A stretch of 64,000 nucleotides of DNA from positions 1,674,001 to 1,738,000 of the forward strand of contig OZ025781.1 of assembly GCA_964019425.1 (NCBI GenBank), read 5' to 3'. How positions within the stretch are numbered: position 1 is the stretch's first letter; each line of letters starts with the position of its first letter. Positions 11,752 through 24,384 of the stretch are shown here, piece after piece. Under the pieces are notes generated by a model that saw nothing but the letters and a program-made list of their open reading frames with translations, was not told the origin of the DNA and searched no databases. The DNA comes from Flectonema sp. DT1601 (Eukaryota). The position numbers and the translations under genes are program-made.

Positions 11752-14098
11752 ATGAAGCGAGGCAAGGCAAAGGCCGGAAAGGGTCGCCCTGCAAAGCAAA
11801 CAGAAGCTTCGACACTGCAGGGAGGCAGATCGAGTAAGAGAAGTATGAAATTAGCAGCTGTAGCCATTGTGGTCTTAATCGTGTTCGGTGTCACTTTCAC
11901 AATGTCGGGCCCATCAGAGATTGGTTCGTACGGATCGTGGGGGAATCTCTGCTGGTTAGCTGGTTCTCCAGGAATTGATACTTATGAAGAGGTTTACAAT
12001 CAACGTGGTGAAGTCCACACCAACACCTACAACAAAACTATGTTGTGGGGAAGCTACCGACCGCAGACATATTTTGGAATTAGATCTCGTGAAGAAAAGA
12101 GTTTTTTATTTTCCTTCGCATGGGGAGATATGAGAAGTCATCAAATTCGATACACAACAGAGGATGATTCCTCGATAGTCTTCGGATGGAATCGACACGA
12201 TGGAACTACTTTCGGTTCGCAACAAATAACAGATCTGAAACACCGCGTTGAGTTAGAGTCTTCTTTTATAAAATATCCAAACCCAACTGACGGTGGCAGC
12301 TGGGTAGCTCGCATCCAAGGCCGTCAAACTGATACTTCAAGACCGCTTCTACTAGCTCCAGTCTTTTCTTCTCAGGACGGTTATTTAGAGGCTGAGAAAA
12401 TTGATAATGGCTACCGCATAAAGGGTCAGACAAAAACAGGAAAATTCACAGTCACCGTCTATGGAGACTACACTGCTGTATCAAGGAATGTTAAGGACGA
12501 GTGGAATTTCCATTTCTCACCAACTGGAAAGGCTAAGAAGGCAAATCAAATCCATTTGTTTACAGAAGTAACGGGTTCCTTTTCTATTGAAGTAGTCTTT
12601 GAGTCAGAAGGTGACTTTGGTAAGAATGTCGCAGAACGAGGATGCACTTACAGCAATTCCTTAGCAGTGAGAAAGGATCAATTTGAAAGAAGATTCCTCG
12701 AGAAGATGGGAAGCTCTGAAGAAATGCCAATGTACGCAATGTCTAATTTAATTGGTGGAATGGGATATTGGTACGGTACAGGTTTAATTGATGATGGAAG
12801 AACTATGGCAGCACAAGAGTTATTCTCAGCTGTCCCTAGCAGGTCAAAGTTCCCCAGAGGGTTTCTATGGGACGAGGGATTCCATCAGCTGGTAGTCGCT
12901 CGATGGGATCCTCACCTCAGTCAGGACGTTATCCTCTCGTGGCTATCTCAAATGACTGAGTCAGGTTGGATACCTCGTGAGCAAATCCGTGGAGACGAGC
13001 CCCGTTCTAGAGTACCTGGTGAATTCGTTGCCCAAAACCCAAAATTTGCCAACCCTCCGACCCTTTTAATTCAAATTCAAAATTTCGCTCTCGAACAGCA
13101 AACCTCACCATCAGAAGCCCGAACTGTTTTCTTGAATTTAGTGTGGCCGAGACTGAGGAAGTGGTACAGCTGGTTCAGAGAGACACAATCAGGGAATGTA
13201 ACGAATACCTTTAAATGGATTGGTAAGAAAGGATATCATCTTCTAACATGTGGACTAGATGACTACCCAAGATCAAAGTGTAATGGAGAAGGTGAAAAAC
13301 ATCTTGATCTACTCTCTTGGATGATCCTAATGTCTGACACGATGCACAACATCGCTGACGTAATTGGTGACTCCAACTCAGCAAGTGAGCTTCAGAGAGA
13401 CGGAGTTGCTTTGAGAGAAGCTTTGCGAGAACATCATTTTGACGACAGTCGTAATATCTATGCTGACGTCTCTGGATGTCCTCCAAAGAAAGATGTATGT
13501 TTTACTTTTTACTGTTGTGATTCATCAATCACGTCTTACATAGTATAACGTCAACAATAACAATATCAGGGAAAACCATCACGTAAACACGTTTCATTCA
13601 TCGGATACGTAACACTCTTCCCTCTCCTTACTGGTGCAATTAAAGCAGATGCACCTGAAGTTACAGACATGGTGAAGGTCATTACTTCACAACTGTTATC
13701 TGATTATGGTCTTCGGGTATGTCTTTAGAGTGTTTTGTAAAAGTTATTGCATCGTTTTAAAAAAAAAAAAAAAAAACATTAAAAAAAAACAGTCTCTCTC
13801 GAAATCTTCTTTAAAGAAATGGCCTCGCCATGACAACTACTGGACAGGTCCTATCTGGATTAACTTAAATTATATGTTGGTACGTGCTCTTAGAGTGTAT
13901 GGGTATGCTGATACTAATAAAGATGCTAGAAACCTTCTTGATACATTACAACCACGTCTAATTAACGCAATTAGAAATGAATATCAAAGGACAGGAAAGC
14001 TTTGGGAAAACTATGATCCTGACACCGGATTTGGAAGAGGTACGGCACCCTTCACAGGATGGACGTCACTTGTTGTGTTACTAATGGGCGATAACTGA
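11752..14098 (+). CDS. MOGS: Mannosyl-oligosaccharide glucosidase I (GH63); exons 11752-13494, 13570-13716, 13793-14098
   Basis: N-terminal type II TM, LWGSYRP, VPSRSKFPRGFLWDEGFH, GWIPREQ, NPPT, GLDDYPR. Spliced exon supplies GYVTLFP and YGLR|SLS. C-terminal YWTGPIWIN, LWENY, FTGWTSL. Introns 13495-13569 and 13717-13792 keep frame. Confidence 0.95.
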
Positions 14099-14450
14099 AT
14101 GTTATCAGGGGAAAATTGAGAGATGTATTTTTTACTTGTGATTTTCGCAACCATTTTGACAGCGATATTTACAACAGCAACGATTCGATAGCCGTATTTA
14201 ATGTGTTCGATATGGGGGTTTTGTTTTTTATGTTAGATACTTTTTGTTTGCATCCCACAGGACTTACTTTGATTGAAAAATATTATCACTTTTCATAGAC
14301 CTTAAGGCAGTTGACCTACTACTCGTGAAGGCGTTGGTTCCTGTTTCTGTCAACTGTATCGTTTCTTATTATAGAATTTAAATGGGTTATTTCATGTTTA
14401 ACAGTAACACCAAAAAAAAAACACGTTTAAAAAAAAAAAAAAAAAAAAAA

Positions 14451-15931
14451 ATGTCTCACCATCGTTTAGATACTATTATCTCGCACCTAAAGAGTGGAAG
14501 GACTGCCGAGGTCGATAAATTGAAAATTGTTTACGATTTGAAGTCTCACTTTGACTTGTCAACAGCGAAGTTGAATCAAATTATTGTTCACTTCATTGGT
14601 GAGATGGTAGAAGGGTTGGAAGGAAAGGAAAGTGCTTTTAAAATGCTTCCAAGTTTTGTATATAGAGGAGAGACAGCCGTTTCTGGTAGCTATCTAGCAC
14701 TAGATTTGGGAGGTACGAATTTTAGAGTCATTCATCTCACGTTAGAGAATGGGAAAGTAATGAATGAAACGGTTGTTAAATATCAAATCCCTCCTAAGTT
14801 AATGCTCAAGGAGTATGGTGCTGAGGATCTATTTGGATTTATTGCCACGTGTGTTGGAAACTTTCTAAACGACAACCCTGATGGAAAGGGAGCACCACTT
14901 GGATTTACATTCTCATTTCCAGTAGAGCAGTTCGATATCGATTCTGGTAAACTAATTACCTGGACTAAGGGATTTTCAACTAGAGGATGTGAAGGCAAAG
15001 ACGTTGTTCAACTCCTTCAGGAAGCTTTAAAAAAGAAATCCGTTGACGTTGAGGTTTCCGCACTAGTTAACGACACTGTCGGAACACTCGTAACTGGATT
15101 CTTTGCACACCAACAAGCAACCATCGGATGTATTATTGGAACTGGTAGCAATGCTTGCTACTGGGAAGACGTTCCACAAATTAAGAAAATGCCCAGCCCA
15201 TCGGGATGGTCTGGAGACCAAAAGATGTGCATCAACATTGAATGGGGTGACTTCGACTCTAAAAAGAGAAGTGTTCTCCCTCTTACTGAGATGGACAATT
15301 CGATAGATGAGAACTCTCCAAATCCTGGTGCTCAAAGATTTGAAAAAATGATATCCGGAATGTACATTGGTGAGATCTGTCGACTGTGTATTATTCACCT
15401 CGTACGACACTCTGTATTACCATCTGTCCCTTGTATTGTAAAGCCTGGTTCTCTTGAGACTCGTCACGTATCTCAAGCGATTGAAGACAACTCTGAGGAC
15501 CTTTCTGTTGTTAAATCTGTTTTCTTAAATCTTTATCAATACACAATTAATACTGAGCAAGCCTCATTACTCAAAGATGTATTCCTCGCAGTAACCACCA
15601 GAAGCGCTCGTTTGTCAGCAACAGGAATTGCTGCAATCCTTCTTAAGACAGGTTCTCTCTCTAGTGCACGTGTTTGTATTGATGGCTCAGTATTTGAGAA
15701 GACTCCTTTCTACAAGGAAACAATGGATAAGTGTTTGGATGAATTACTAAGTGCTCATGTATGTTTTTTTTATTTACTTTTTCGGTTGTGCGAGGTAATA
15801 GTTTTCCACAGCGATATAAAACTTCCAAACAGGGACATCCAAGTCACGGTACCGTTTTAGAACTAACCGGTAGTGGAAGTGGTGTGGGAGCAGCTCTGAT
15901 TGCCGCCTTGACGAAGGCTTCTCGTCAGTAG
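14451..15931 (+). CDS. HK: Hexokinase with N-terminal PTS2 (glycosomal/peroxisomal); exons 14451-15758, 15833-15931
   Basis: LALDLGGTNFRV, LGFTFSFP, WTKGF, VNDTVGT, IIGTGSNACY, FEKMISGMY. Last exon supplies GSGVGAAL. PTS2 is RL-DTIIS-HL. Intron 15759-15832. Confidence 0.96.
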
Positions 15932-16578
15932 TGACTACACCAAAAAGAAATAATGAAGGGAGTAGAAAAGAGTCCTATGTCCTACTCCAGTACACGGATA
16001 TAAATTAGTTGTGGGGACGTTACTTATCGAAAATACGTTCTTGTGCATATTGGATATGTTTTGGTGCGACACATGAAAACGATCTCACTAGTGCGTGCAA
16101 GATAATGTTTTTTCTCTCTCTCTCTCTTTTTTTTTTTTTTCGCTCAACAGCTTAAGTAGTTGAGCAGGAAACAAGGTCATGGTGCACAAACGAGAAAAAA
16201 ACAAAAAAACAAAAAAAAAACGTTTATTTCTGACTTTTCAAAAAAAAAAAAAGAAAAACAAAAAAAAAAAAAAAAACGAAATGGTATTTTCAATAGTATT
16301 TAAAATTTAGTTTTTAGTTTACTTGAATTTTTTTTTTTTTTTTTTCCGATCTCTGATCTGTTATGTGTTTATATAGCGCCTTTAACGTTGGGAAGTCTTA
16401 AAATCCAACTCTGCAAGTCTTCTCACCTGAATGGTTAACCTTCCAACGTATTTCTAGTGTTAAATACAACGGCGGAATTTGCCAACTAGCGGCTACCGAG
16501 TCGCATTCTAAAGATTAGTAGCTTGACTATGTTGATTATAAATTTTTTCAGATTATCTGAACAAAAACTAACTAAAAT

Positions 16579-18128
16579 ATGAAGAGAGTTTGCAGACTTG
16601 CCTCTCGCAGGATGGCATCGGCCGTTTCCGGTCCAAAGCAGGCAGCAGTCGATGCTGTGACACGTGATATAGAAAAGAAGGTTGAGGTTTTAATGAAAGA
16701 CACTATTGCTCCATTAGACCACTGGGGAATGTACGCTGACCTTCTAAAGAATAAACCAAAGCAACCGATGGTTTTATTGATTGGAAACCACAGCGCTGGT
16801 AAGTCAACTTTCATCAACGACTTAATGGGAAGAGACATTCAGAACACTGGAACAGCACCAACAGACGATGGTTTCACAGTAATTAAAAGAGGTGATATCG
16901 ATTCTGATGCTGACGGTCCAACTCTTGTTGGTACTCCCAGCTATGGATTCAAAGATCTCGAGAAGATGGGACCAAAGTTGGTCAACCGTCTTCGTTACAA
17001 AGTTCGTAAAGTTGAAGACTCCAAGTGTCCTGAGAACTTATTAATTATTGACTCACCTGGTATGATTGGATCTGCTTCTGGAAGAGAAGAACGTGGATAC
17101 GACTTCCAAAAGACTATGAGATGGTTTGCTGAGCGTGCCGACTTAATTCTGCTTGTCTTCGACCCAGAAAACCCTGGAACTACTGGAGAGACTCTTGACG
17201 TTCTTCAGGGACTTACCCACAGCAATTTAGAACATAAATATGATATCATTCTTAACAAAGCAGACACCTTTGACAGCGTTAACGAGTTCGCTCGCGCATA
17301 CGGAGCCCTCTGCTGGAACTTATCAAAGATTCTAAAGACCAAAGATATCCCTTGGATTTATACAATGTACACTCCTGGTGTTGGTGAGATCAGAAGAGAG
17401 TTCTTACCGCATGACGAGTTCAACAAGAGCAGAGATCAGATTCTTCAGAGAGTTCTAAATGCTCCAAAGATGTACCCTGATACTATTCTTACTGTACTTC
17501 AATTGGTTACTCGTAATATCGAAGTTCAAACTAAAATTCTTGGTGAGATGCGTAACGCATATGGAAATGTTCGTCGCAACCTCTACGGATCCCTTATTAC
17601 TCTCTGTTTGAGTGCTAACGTTGGATGTGCTGTTGCTGGCTCTGGTATCGCGTTAGCTGCGCCAGTTGCCATCGCAAGTTGCATTACATTGGCTGCTGGA
17701 GACTACGCAATCAAGATGTGGCTTGAGACAGTGCAGAAGGCTCTTCTTGCTGACATTGACAAGACCATGGCTCGTAGCTTCCCTGGATGTGGAGAGGTAT
17801 GATTTTATCTTAACCTAGAGATGGTGTATTGTAGTCAATTACTCTTTTAGACAATATAAACAAATAACAAAACAGGACATCCGTATGGCATACGAACACG
17901 TTAAGCCAATCATCATCAGCAACTTGGAACACCGAAAGTTGAACTCCGTTCCTGTTGCAGGTCGCCGTCAAATAGCTAATCTGCAACGCGTATGTTTTAA
18001 TAATTAAGTTTTTATAATAATAAGTCTTTCACGTTATAAACAAATAAACAAAACAGGCGATCAAAACCGACATCCCAGATCTTCGTGAGTACGCTAATAA
18101 GGTAAAGATGTCAGTCACTAAGGCATAA
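16579..18128 (+). CDS. Dynamin-superfamily (EHD/sarcalumenin-like) P-loop GTPase with mitochondrial-type presequence and C-terminal hydrophobic segment; exons 16579-17796, 17876-17989, 18057-18128
   Basis: GNHSAGKS (G1), PTDDGF (G2), DSPG (G3), NKAD (G4), RAYGALCWNLSK. Introns 17797-17875 and 17990-18056 keep frame to TAA at 18128. Confidence 0.88.
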
Positions 18129-18662
18129 ACATGTCTGTTTATACCGTTATTTCCATCTGCTCTTGAGAGAGGTGTTTGAGATAAAAGGCTGGCGTGTCGA
18201 GTTTACGATTAGGTTGCGTCTGTTTACTCAAAAGGTACCTGTTCCCTACTTCGCATTTCTTTTCTTTTCCTTCACATCCCTAGTTGATGTGGTCAAGAAA
18301 AAAATGTTCATCATTGTTTTGTATTTGTACAACGGGTGATATCCGCTCTTTAGGGAGTTTAGCGAAAACGAGCTCAGAGAATTTTTTTTTTTTCTCCTTT
18401 AGTGTGAAAATACAGGCGTGGACAAAAAGACTCTCTTTAATCCCTATATTCCTCAAACCCCCTCCCAAGCATCAATTGTGTTTTTGTTAAGGTGCTGAAC
18501 TTTATGTTCTTGGGGCATGTTCACAGTTAGTATCATCTGCAAAGTCACTTTCATAAACTAAAATAGTGTTTTCCGCCTGACTTCGATTTGTGATTTGGAG
18601 TAAAAGTAATTTTAATATGTCTTCTCATTGCTAAAGACACACGTATTTGAGAGTTAATTTCA

Positions 18663-18694
<32 letters not shown>

Positions 18695-18845
18695 TATCAG
18701 ATAATCGCATCGAAGAAAATAAGTTTTTTTTTTTGTTATTCGGAAACCTGATTTTGTGTCATCGAATTTGATTTTTGTAATTATAATCGCACTGCTGCAA
18801 CAGGTCACTGAAAAAGAAAAAAAAATTTAAAAAAAAAATATAATA

Positions 18846-20615
18846 ATGCGATATGTGTGTTTTTTAGTAGTAATATGGATTTCACAAACTGCTTGTTGGA
18901 ACTGTCCTGACTCACCTGAGGAAGCGTTGGATGATTTGAAGTATCGAATTGGTGAAGTTTCAATTCAAGTTATCGGAGGAGGAGAATCACAAATACGAAG
19001 AATGGTATCAGCTGCTGGGGGTGACGATTATTCAATATCTATAGTGAAAGAAGGTAAGGATGAAGGAATATTGTATGCTGACACTCCTGCTAGTTTTATT
19101 CAAAACATATTTAATAAGACATCTCAAAAAGAACAGTTGGTGAACCATCCTTCTACCATTAGATGGTATTTTCACACTGATGATGAAAACAACACAAATG
19201 TTGATGGAATTATAAAGTTTTTGCAAACTGCTGATCTCATTGAACCAATGAAGAAATACATCTCAAAACCAACTCTAATTGATTGGTTGTTCTCACTACC
19301 ACCCAGGATTGCTACAGCACATAAGGTTAATTTATCATCCATTGCGGAGTTAGAATTGAACCACGATCGGCTTGTTAATAACTACAACATTAATCCTCAC
19401 ATTGTTCTACTCGACACTAATAAAATAGGAAGCAAACATCTGTTAAATAATTTAACCAACGCGATTGCTGAAGTCATTTCAGTTGATTTGACGTTTGACA
19501 CCACTCTGAGCAAGACACTTCAAAATATTTATACCCGGAGTCTATTGGCAATATTGGACAGGTTCAGGATTTACACGGCGTGTATTGAGATTTGTAAAAA
19601 GAGAGAGAGGATGCGTGAGGAAATAAACATCCAAGAAAGCAGACAAAATGACATCGCTGAAAGCATCGCATCAACCGAGAGAAACTTTAATTCCCACAAA
19701 GAGAATGCTGCTCAAAATGATACTTTATTCTATCAAGTTCAAATAGCGATAATAGCTGTTTGTGGTTCAGGTACTGTTGGGTTGGGTTACGTATCATTAA
19801 CCATTGCGTGGCCTTTTGTACAGTCAATTCTAAAAGTAGTTAATAAAGTTTACACATATTTTTATAACATCATAATGAGCTTTGTTCTTGTAGTTATGTC
19901 TGTTTGGAACTTTTTAAATGCCCCACCGACGCCAGGAATTAGCCAGACCAATCTCGAACCAACCGCCTCTTTCCAACCAGAGATCATTTCTCTAGACCTT
20001 CCAGATTCACTAAAGAGATCAGCTACTGTACGAGGTGCTTGGAGAAAAGCTGGCAAAGCTCTTTATGCCACTCGCAGATTTATCAAATCAGTGAAAGTAG
20101 TCAGCCCAATAAAGAAAGAAGAACTCGGATATCCATCGAAGGTAACTAGAAGCGGGAATAACAAAGACAACTTAGGAAGTTTCCCTGGAGTTATTGTATT
20201 GGAGAGAGCGAGCGCGGGTTTGAACTTAAGTGGAATTGACTTTCTGAAGAGAGCGATAAACCTTCATTCTACTGGACCCTCTACCGGAGATAATGTCACT
20301 CGAACTGCTAGCAGTCTTTCTGGTAGAGGGTGGGGGGCAGCTATTCGATCGAGATGTTCTTCGGTATTTTCATCTGCTTCAACGTCTTCCAGAGACCTTG
20401 CAGCCGCTAGGTTTAAGATTGCTAATCTTGAAAGGCAGCTTCAGTCTCAGCAACTACTACAAAGAGATGGGCAACGTCAGTTTGGTGACTCCTCGTTAAC
20501 TTCTGTGACTTCACATTCAACAGTTCAGACCTATCCAATAACTGAAATAGATGTGGACTCGGATGATTCTTCTGAACTGATTTCACATCTTCGAATTACT
20601 CACAATGAGAATTAG
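18846..20615 (+). CDS. Hypothetical membrane protein (signal peptide, coiled coil, 2 hydrophobic segments, Ser-rich tail)
   Basis: 589-aa ORF on the gene strand with a hydrophobic N-terminus and TM-like stretches. Confidence 0.75.
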   Translation: MRYVCFLVVIWISQTACWNCPDSPEEALDDLKYRIGEVSIQVIGGGESQIRRMVSAAGGDDYSISIVKEGKDEGILYADTPASFIQNIFNKTSQKEQLVNHPSTIRWYFHTDDENNTNVDGIIKFLQTADLIEPMKKYISKPTLIDWLFSLPPRIATAHKVNLSSIAELELNHDRLVNNYNINPHIVLLDTNKIGSKHLLNNLTNAIAEVISVDLTFDTTLSKTLQNIYTRSLLAILDRFRIYTACIEICKKRERMREEINIQESRQNDIAESIASTERNFNSHKENAAQNDTLFYQVQIAIIAVCGSGTVGLGYVSLTIAWPFVQSILKVVNKVYTYFYNIIMSFVLVVMSVWNFLNAPPTPGISQTNLEPTASFQPEIISLDLPDSLKRSATVRGAWRKAGKALYATRRFIKSVKVVSPIKKEELGYPSKVTRSGNNKDNLGSFPGVIVLERASAGLNLSGIDFLKRAINLHSTGPSTGDNVTRTASSLSGRGWGAAIRSRCSSVFSSASTSSRDLAAARFKIANLERQLQSQQLLQRDGQRQFGDSSLTSVTSHSTVQTYPITEIDVDSDDSSELISHLRITHNEN

Positions 20616-20787
20616 TCGACTTTTTGTTTGTTTCTTTTCTTCTGCTGTTAGATTTTGTATTTATGTAACTGTGCTTAATTATTAATTAGTTTTTGTTTAT
20701 TCCGAATTGTTTTTTTTTGTAAGAATTCACACTCAGTTTGCCATATCTTATGAAAACTTTCTGTCACAACAGTTTTCTCTAAATAAA

Positions 20788-21969
20788 ATGCATCTGACTG
20801 TGTCGTTCCCTGATACGTATTTTAGTGATGTCGACTACAGCGTGGAGGCAAATTCAGTAGTAGGTGACTTAATCAGAGCAGTGTCAGAGCAATGGGGAGT
20901 TGATGCTGAAGTAATTGAAATTCTTCACGATAACAATACATTATCAGAACAGAGTATAATCTTGAATAAAGGACTGAGTGATGGAGATGAAGTAACTGCG
21001 AGTAAGAAGAATAATAATATTTTTACTAAGGAAGATCTGCAGAGTGAAGCAAAAGATATAGAAAAGTATTATTCTTTGAACCCAAATAAGAAATGTTTCC
21101 TTGATGTTGCCTCGTTGACAACTAATGGTGTTCTCAACTGCTGTGGTAAGCTTTTACCGCATTCAGTCAGACACGTCGCTTTTGTTAACTGCAATTCTGT
21201 TAAAGAGATTGGGAAGAATTTCTTAAATAACACTTCTATAGAATCAATTGACTTGTCCCCATTCAGTTCTATTGTAGCAATCCAGAGAGGGTTCCTTGCT
21301 GGTTGTCAACAAATCAGCGCTCTTGACTTGACTCCTTTTTGTGCAGTTCAGACAATTGAGGAATCTTTTTTAGAAGATTGCTATTCTCTCTCAGAAATAT
21401 CTTTATTTCTATCAAGCGTTTCAAAGGTTGGATCTCATTTCTTGTCAGGTTGTAAAAGTTTAAAATTCCTGGACCTGTCTTCGATGAAAAATGTTTCGGA
21501 ATTCGGAGACAGCTTTCTCAGTGAGTGTACAGAACTGAGACAAGTTGAGTTCAGTGAATTGCGACTGACTTGCGTGGGAAGATCATTTCTTTATGGATGT
21601 TGTAAACTACAAAACGTTAATTTGAAAAGTCTTCAAAACGCTTCCTTTATCGGAGATTGTTTTCTTTCTGAGTGTACCGGTCTGACTAATATCGATCTGG
21701 CCCCTTTGAGAAACGTTGTGACAATTGGGGACTTTTTCCTCGCTTTTTGCAGCTCTCTTACGGTGCTGGAGTTGTCAGACTTGCTGAGTGTCCGAACTAT
21801 CGGAAGCTCATTTCTTGAAGGATGCGATTCAATTAAAACTCTTGAGCTGACTGCTTTAGAGAACGTGACCCTCGTGGGAGATTCATTCTTGTTTGATTGC
21901 TCAGCTGTAGCATCTCCTTTCAAGGGAGAGTTCTGTGAAGATGCTTGGACGAGAAGATTAGAATTGTGA
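20788..21969 (+). CDS. Ubiquitin-like N-terminal domain + BspA/TpLRR-like LRR protein (paralogue 2)
   Basis: MHLTVSFPDT... aligns with MQLSVTFPDT... at 8927. Diverged 24-25 aa repeats of the form IGxxFLxxCxxLxxIDL. Confidence 0.8.
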   Translation: MHLTVSFPDTYFSDVDYSVEANSVVGDLIRAVSEQWGVDAEVIEILHDNNTLSEQSIILNKGLSDGDEVTASKKNNNIFTKEDLQSEAKDIEKYYSLNPNKKCFLDVASLTTNGVLNCCGKLLPHSVRHVAFVNCNSVKEIGKNFLNNTSIESIDLSPFSSIVAIQRGFLAGCQQISALDLTPFCAVQTIEESFLEDCYSLSEISLFLSSVSKVGSHFLSGCKSLKFLDLSSMKNVSEFGDSFLSECTELRQVEFSELRLTCVGRSFLYGCCKLQNVNLKSLQNASFIGDCFLSECTGLTNIDLAPLRNVVTIGDFFLAFCSSLTVLELSDLLSVRTIGSSFLEGCDSIKTLELTALENVTLVGDSFLFDCSAVASPFKGEFCEDAWTRRLEL

Positions 21970-22900
21970 GCAATCCTTTATTGTGATAATATTTTTTTTA
22001 TTATTAAATGTCTGTTTTTGTACCCCATCAAATAAATATGATAAGTGTGTTGCTCTGGCTTCTCACTGACGGTACTGATTTTGGGTAACTAGACTGTTCT
22101 ATTTTTTTTTATTTTTTTTTTTGAAGTTCTGAAAATCCAATGACAAAAGACCGACAGACATATTCGTCCCAAAATGTGTCTTGTGCTGGTTGTTAGATCC
22201 TCACTGTTTTTTACATTTTCTTTCCACAAATAGTTTAGTGAAGTAGTGCGCTCGACTGCACTCGGCTTCAAGACAGCTGATATTTTATCTGCTGCTGAAC
22301 TACACGAGATTTTTGGAAATCTCTTCTCCCACAATACTGCAAATTATCTTTTTGATGTTCAATATAAATTCCATACCTATTTTACGTGATCCTCCCTGTG
22401 GAGTCTTCGTGATCATTCCTCTCCTTTTTTTTTTTTCTTTTTTTTAAAAAAAAAAAATAATAAAAAAAAAAAAGAAATTCCGACAAAGCTTTTTGTCAGG
22501 ATACAATCAAGTTTCAAAAAAAAAAAAAAAAATCTTTGATGTTGTCGTTGTTGTTATTTCTGTCTTCCATTTCATACAACGACCAAAATCATAGTAGTAG
22601 CAAGGCTGTGTTATGAGAAGAACATTAGGAAAGAGTCTGAAGAGTACTGTTTAAATAAGTTTTTTGTTCTTGTCTTTTTTCACAAACAGCCTTGTTTTTC
22701 TTTTATTTTTCTTTTTTAATACATTTTTTTCATTCGTTAATTTTGTCTATCTGCAGTTTTCAATCCAGAGTTTGTTATTAAATTATAACAAATCACATCT
22801 GAAAATTTAAAAAAAATTGATGAGAAATAAACTCTCATACATCATATGTTTGAAAACTTTTCCTCTCTTTTTTTTTTTTTTTTTTTCGTTTTTTTTTTTT

Positions 22901-23014
22901 GAAACGACGAAGTTGGGAGGAAAAACTGTTCAGATTAAAAGCCGATTTATTTAATAATATCAAAGCCAGTAATACTGTCTGTCGATTAATAAAGTATAAA
23001 GCTTATTTGAATTG
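22901..23014. repeat. Dispersed structured intergenic element, copy B (most diverged, shorter core)
   Basis: cgac-gaa-gttg hairpin and ttcagattaaaagcc...gcttatttgaa. T-runs on both sides. Confidence 0.75.
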
Positions 23015-23148
23015 ATTTTTTTTTTTTTTTTTTCTCTCGCTTGGAAACACACGTGTGTTGTTATTTTTACCTCAGTGGTAGATACATTTGTGGGGATTAA
23101 ATTTTTTTTAAATCTTCAATATTCTTATTAATCAGTTATTAATGAATA

Positions 23149-23874
23149 ATGGTTGAATCAGATAATAATATACTGGACTTGTCATGGTCACGTCCTGGTC
23201 AGAATGAATTAGGAAGCCGATTAGCGATAATGAAGAACGGAGTATGGCTGCCTTCGGTATCTTTAGACTGTGGTAGGAGTCATTATGTTGTTGGAGGAGC
23301 CTCGTCAGCTGATGTCATGATCAAAGACTCAGGAATGAGTGATTGTCATTTCGCAATTGGTTGGAATGGAATCGAATTTTTGGTACTGCCGCAACAGAAA
23401 TGTTATATTTTAAAATCCAGCAGAGTATCGGTTGCGGCACCAGGTAAGCTCCACTCCATCTCACCAGGTGACAGTATTAAAGCTGGCAATCCTATTGTTA
23501 CTTTTGAACTTCGTGATGGTAACGACACCAACACAGAACTCATTGCAACTGCAGAAGTCCACACAAACACGACACTCAATTCATTAAAATTATCACCAGT
23601 TGAGATAGAACGGTATCAGTTAACTTCTTCATTCAAATCATCATTTTCTGCAAAGAGAATTCATTTCGATATCGATAACGACAGTGACAATGACGCAGAT
23701 CATAAAACTCAAATCAAACGACTAAAACCAGAAAATGAACAGCAAAAACAATTAATAATAGCTCCTCCTATTAAAGAGAGAACTTTCAGTAAATTGAACT
23801 TGTTGGTATTGCCTGAAGTCCCACTACCAACTAACAACACTGTAGGATCTATACCAATGTTTATTGTCGACTAG
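23149..23874 (+). CDS. FHA-like domain protein with RVxF-type motif (NIPP1-like architecture)
   Basis: N-terminal FHA-like pattern (YVVGG..ADV.I.D.GMS.CHF...I.PGD.I.AG) followed by KRIHF, a PP1-docking-like motif. Confidence 0.6.
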   Translation: MVESDNNILDLSWSRPGQNELGSRLAIMKNGVWLPSVSLDCGRSHYVVGGASSADVMIKDSGMSDCHFAIGWNGIEFLVLPQQKCYILKSSRVSVAAPGKLHSISPGDSIKAGNPIVTFELRDGNDTNTELIATAEVHTNTTLNSLKLSPVEIERYQLTSSFKSSFSAKRIHFDIDNDSDNDADHKTQIKRLKPENEQQKQLIIAPPIKERTFSKLNLLVLPEVPLPTNNTVGSIPMFIVD

Positions 23875-24384
23875 CTATCTATTACTAACGCTAGGCTATT
23901 CTAATAACGATAAAAAATGTATTGAATTCTTTCACACTGTGCGTGTTACTTGTTCAACATAATTTATTGTTTTTGTCTTTTTTTTTTTTTTTTTTTTCCC
24001 TATTTTGGTATAGTCACTAGACAGTGTTAGATGATAGCAACTGTCTGGTAACTTCATCAGAACTAAATCCTCACCTAAATACGATGTTTTATTACATTAA
24101 ATCGGTAGCAGAGAAGCATGACATACCTAGTGGGCGACAATAAGTCGTTTTCTTGTTGGCTTCTATGACAAAAAATAGTATTATTGCAATTGTGTATGGC
24201 AGATATACCATTTTAAAGAAGTCATTTTACGGCAATATGTCGTTTTTTCACATTGGGGAAGAGTGCTTCCTGCGTAGCGAATGTAGTGCTTTTTTTATTA
24301 TTATTTTATTTGAAAAAAGAAAACAATTTTTACTCAAATGGTTAAGTTATCGTTTCTCAGCCATTTCAGCATCTTTAACACAAC

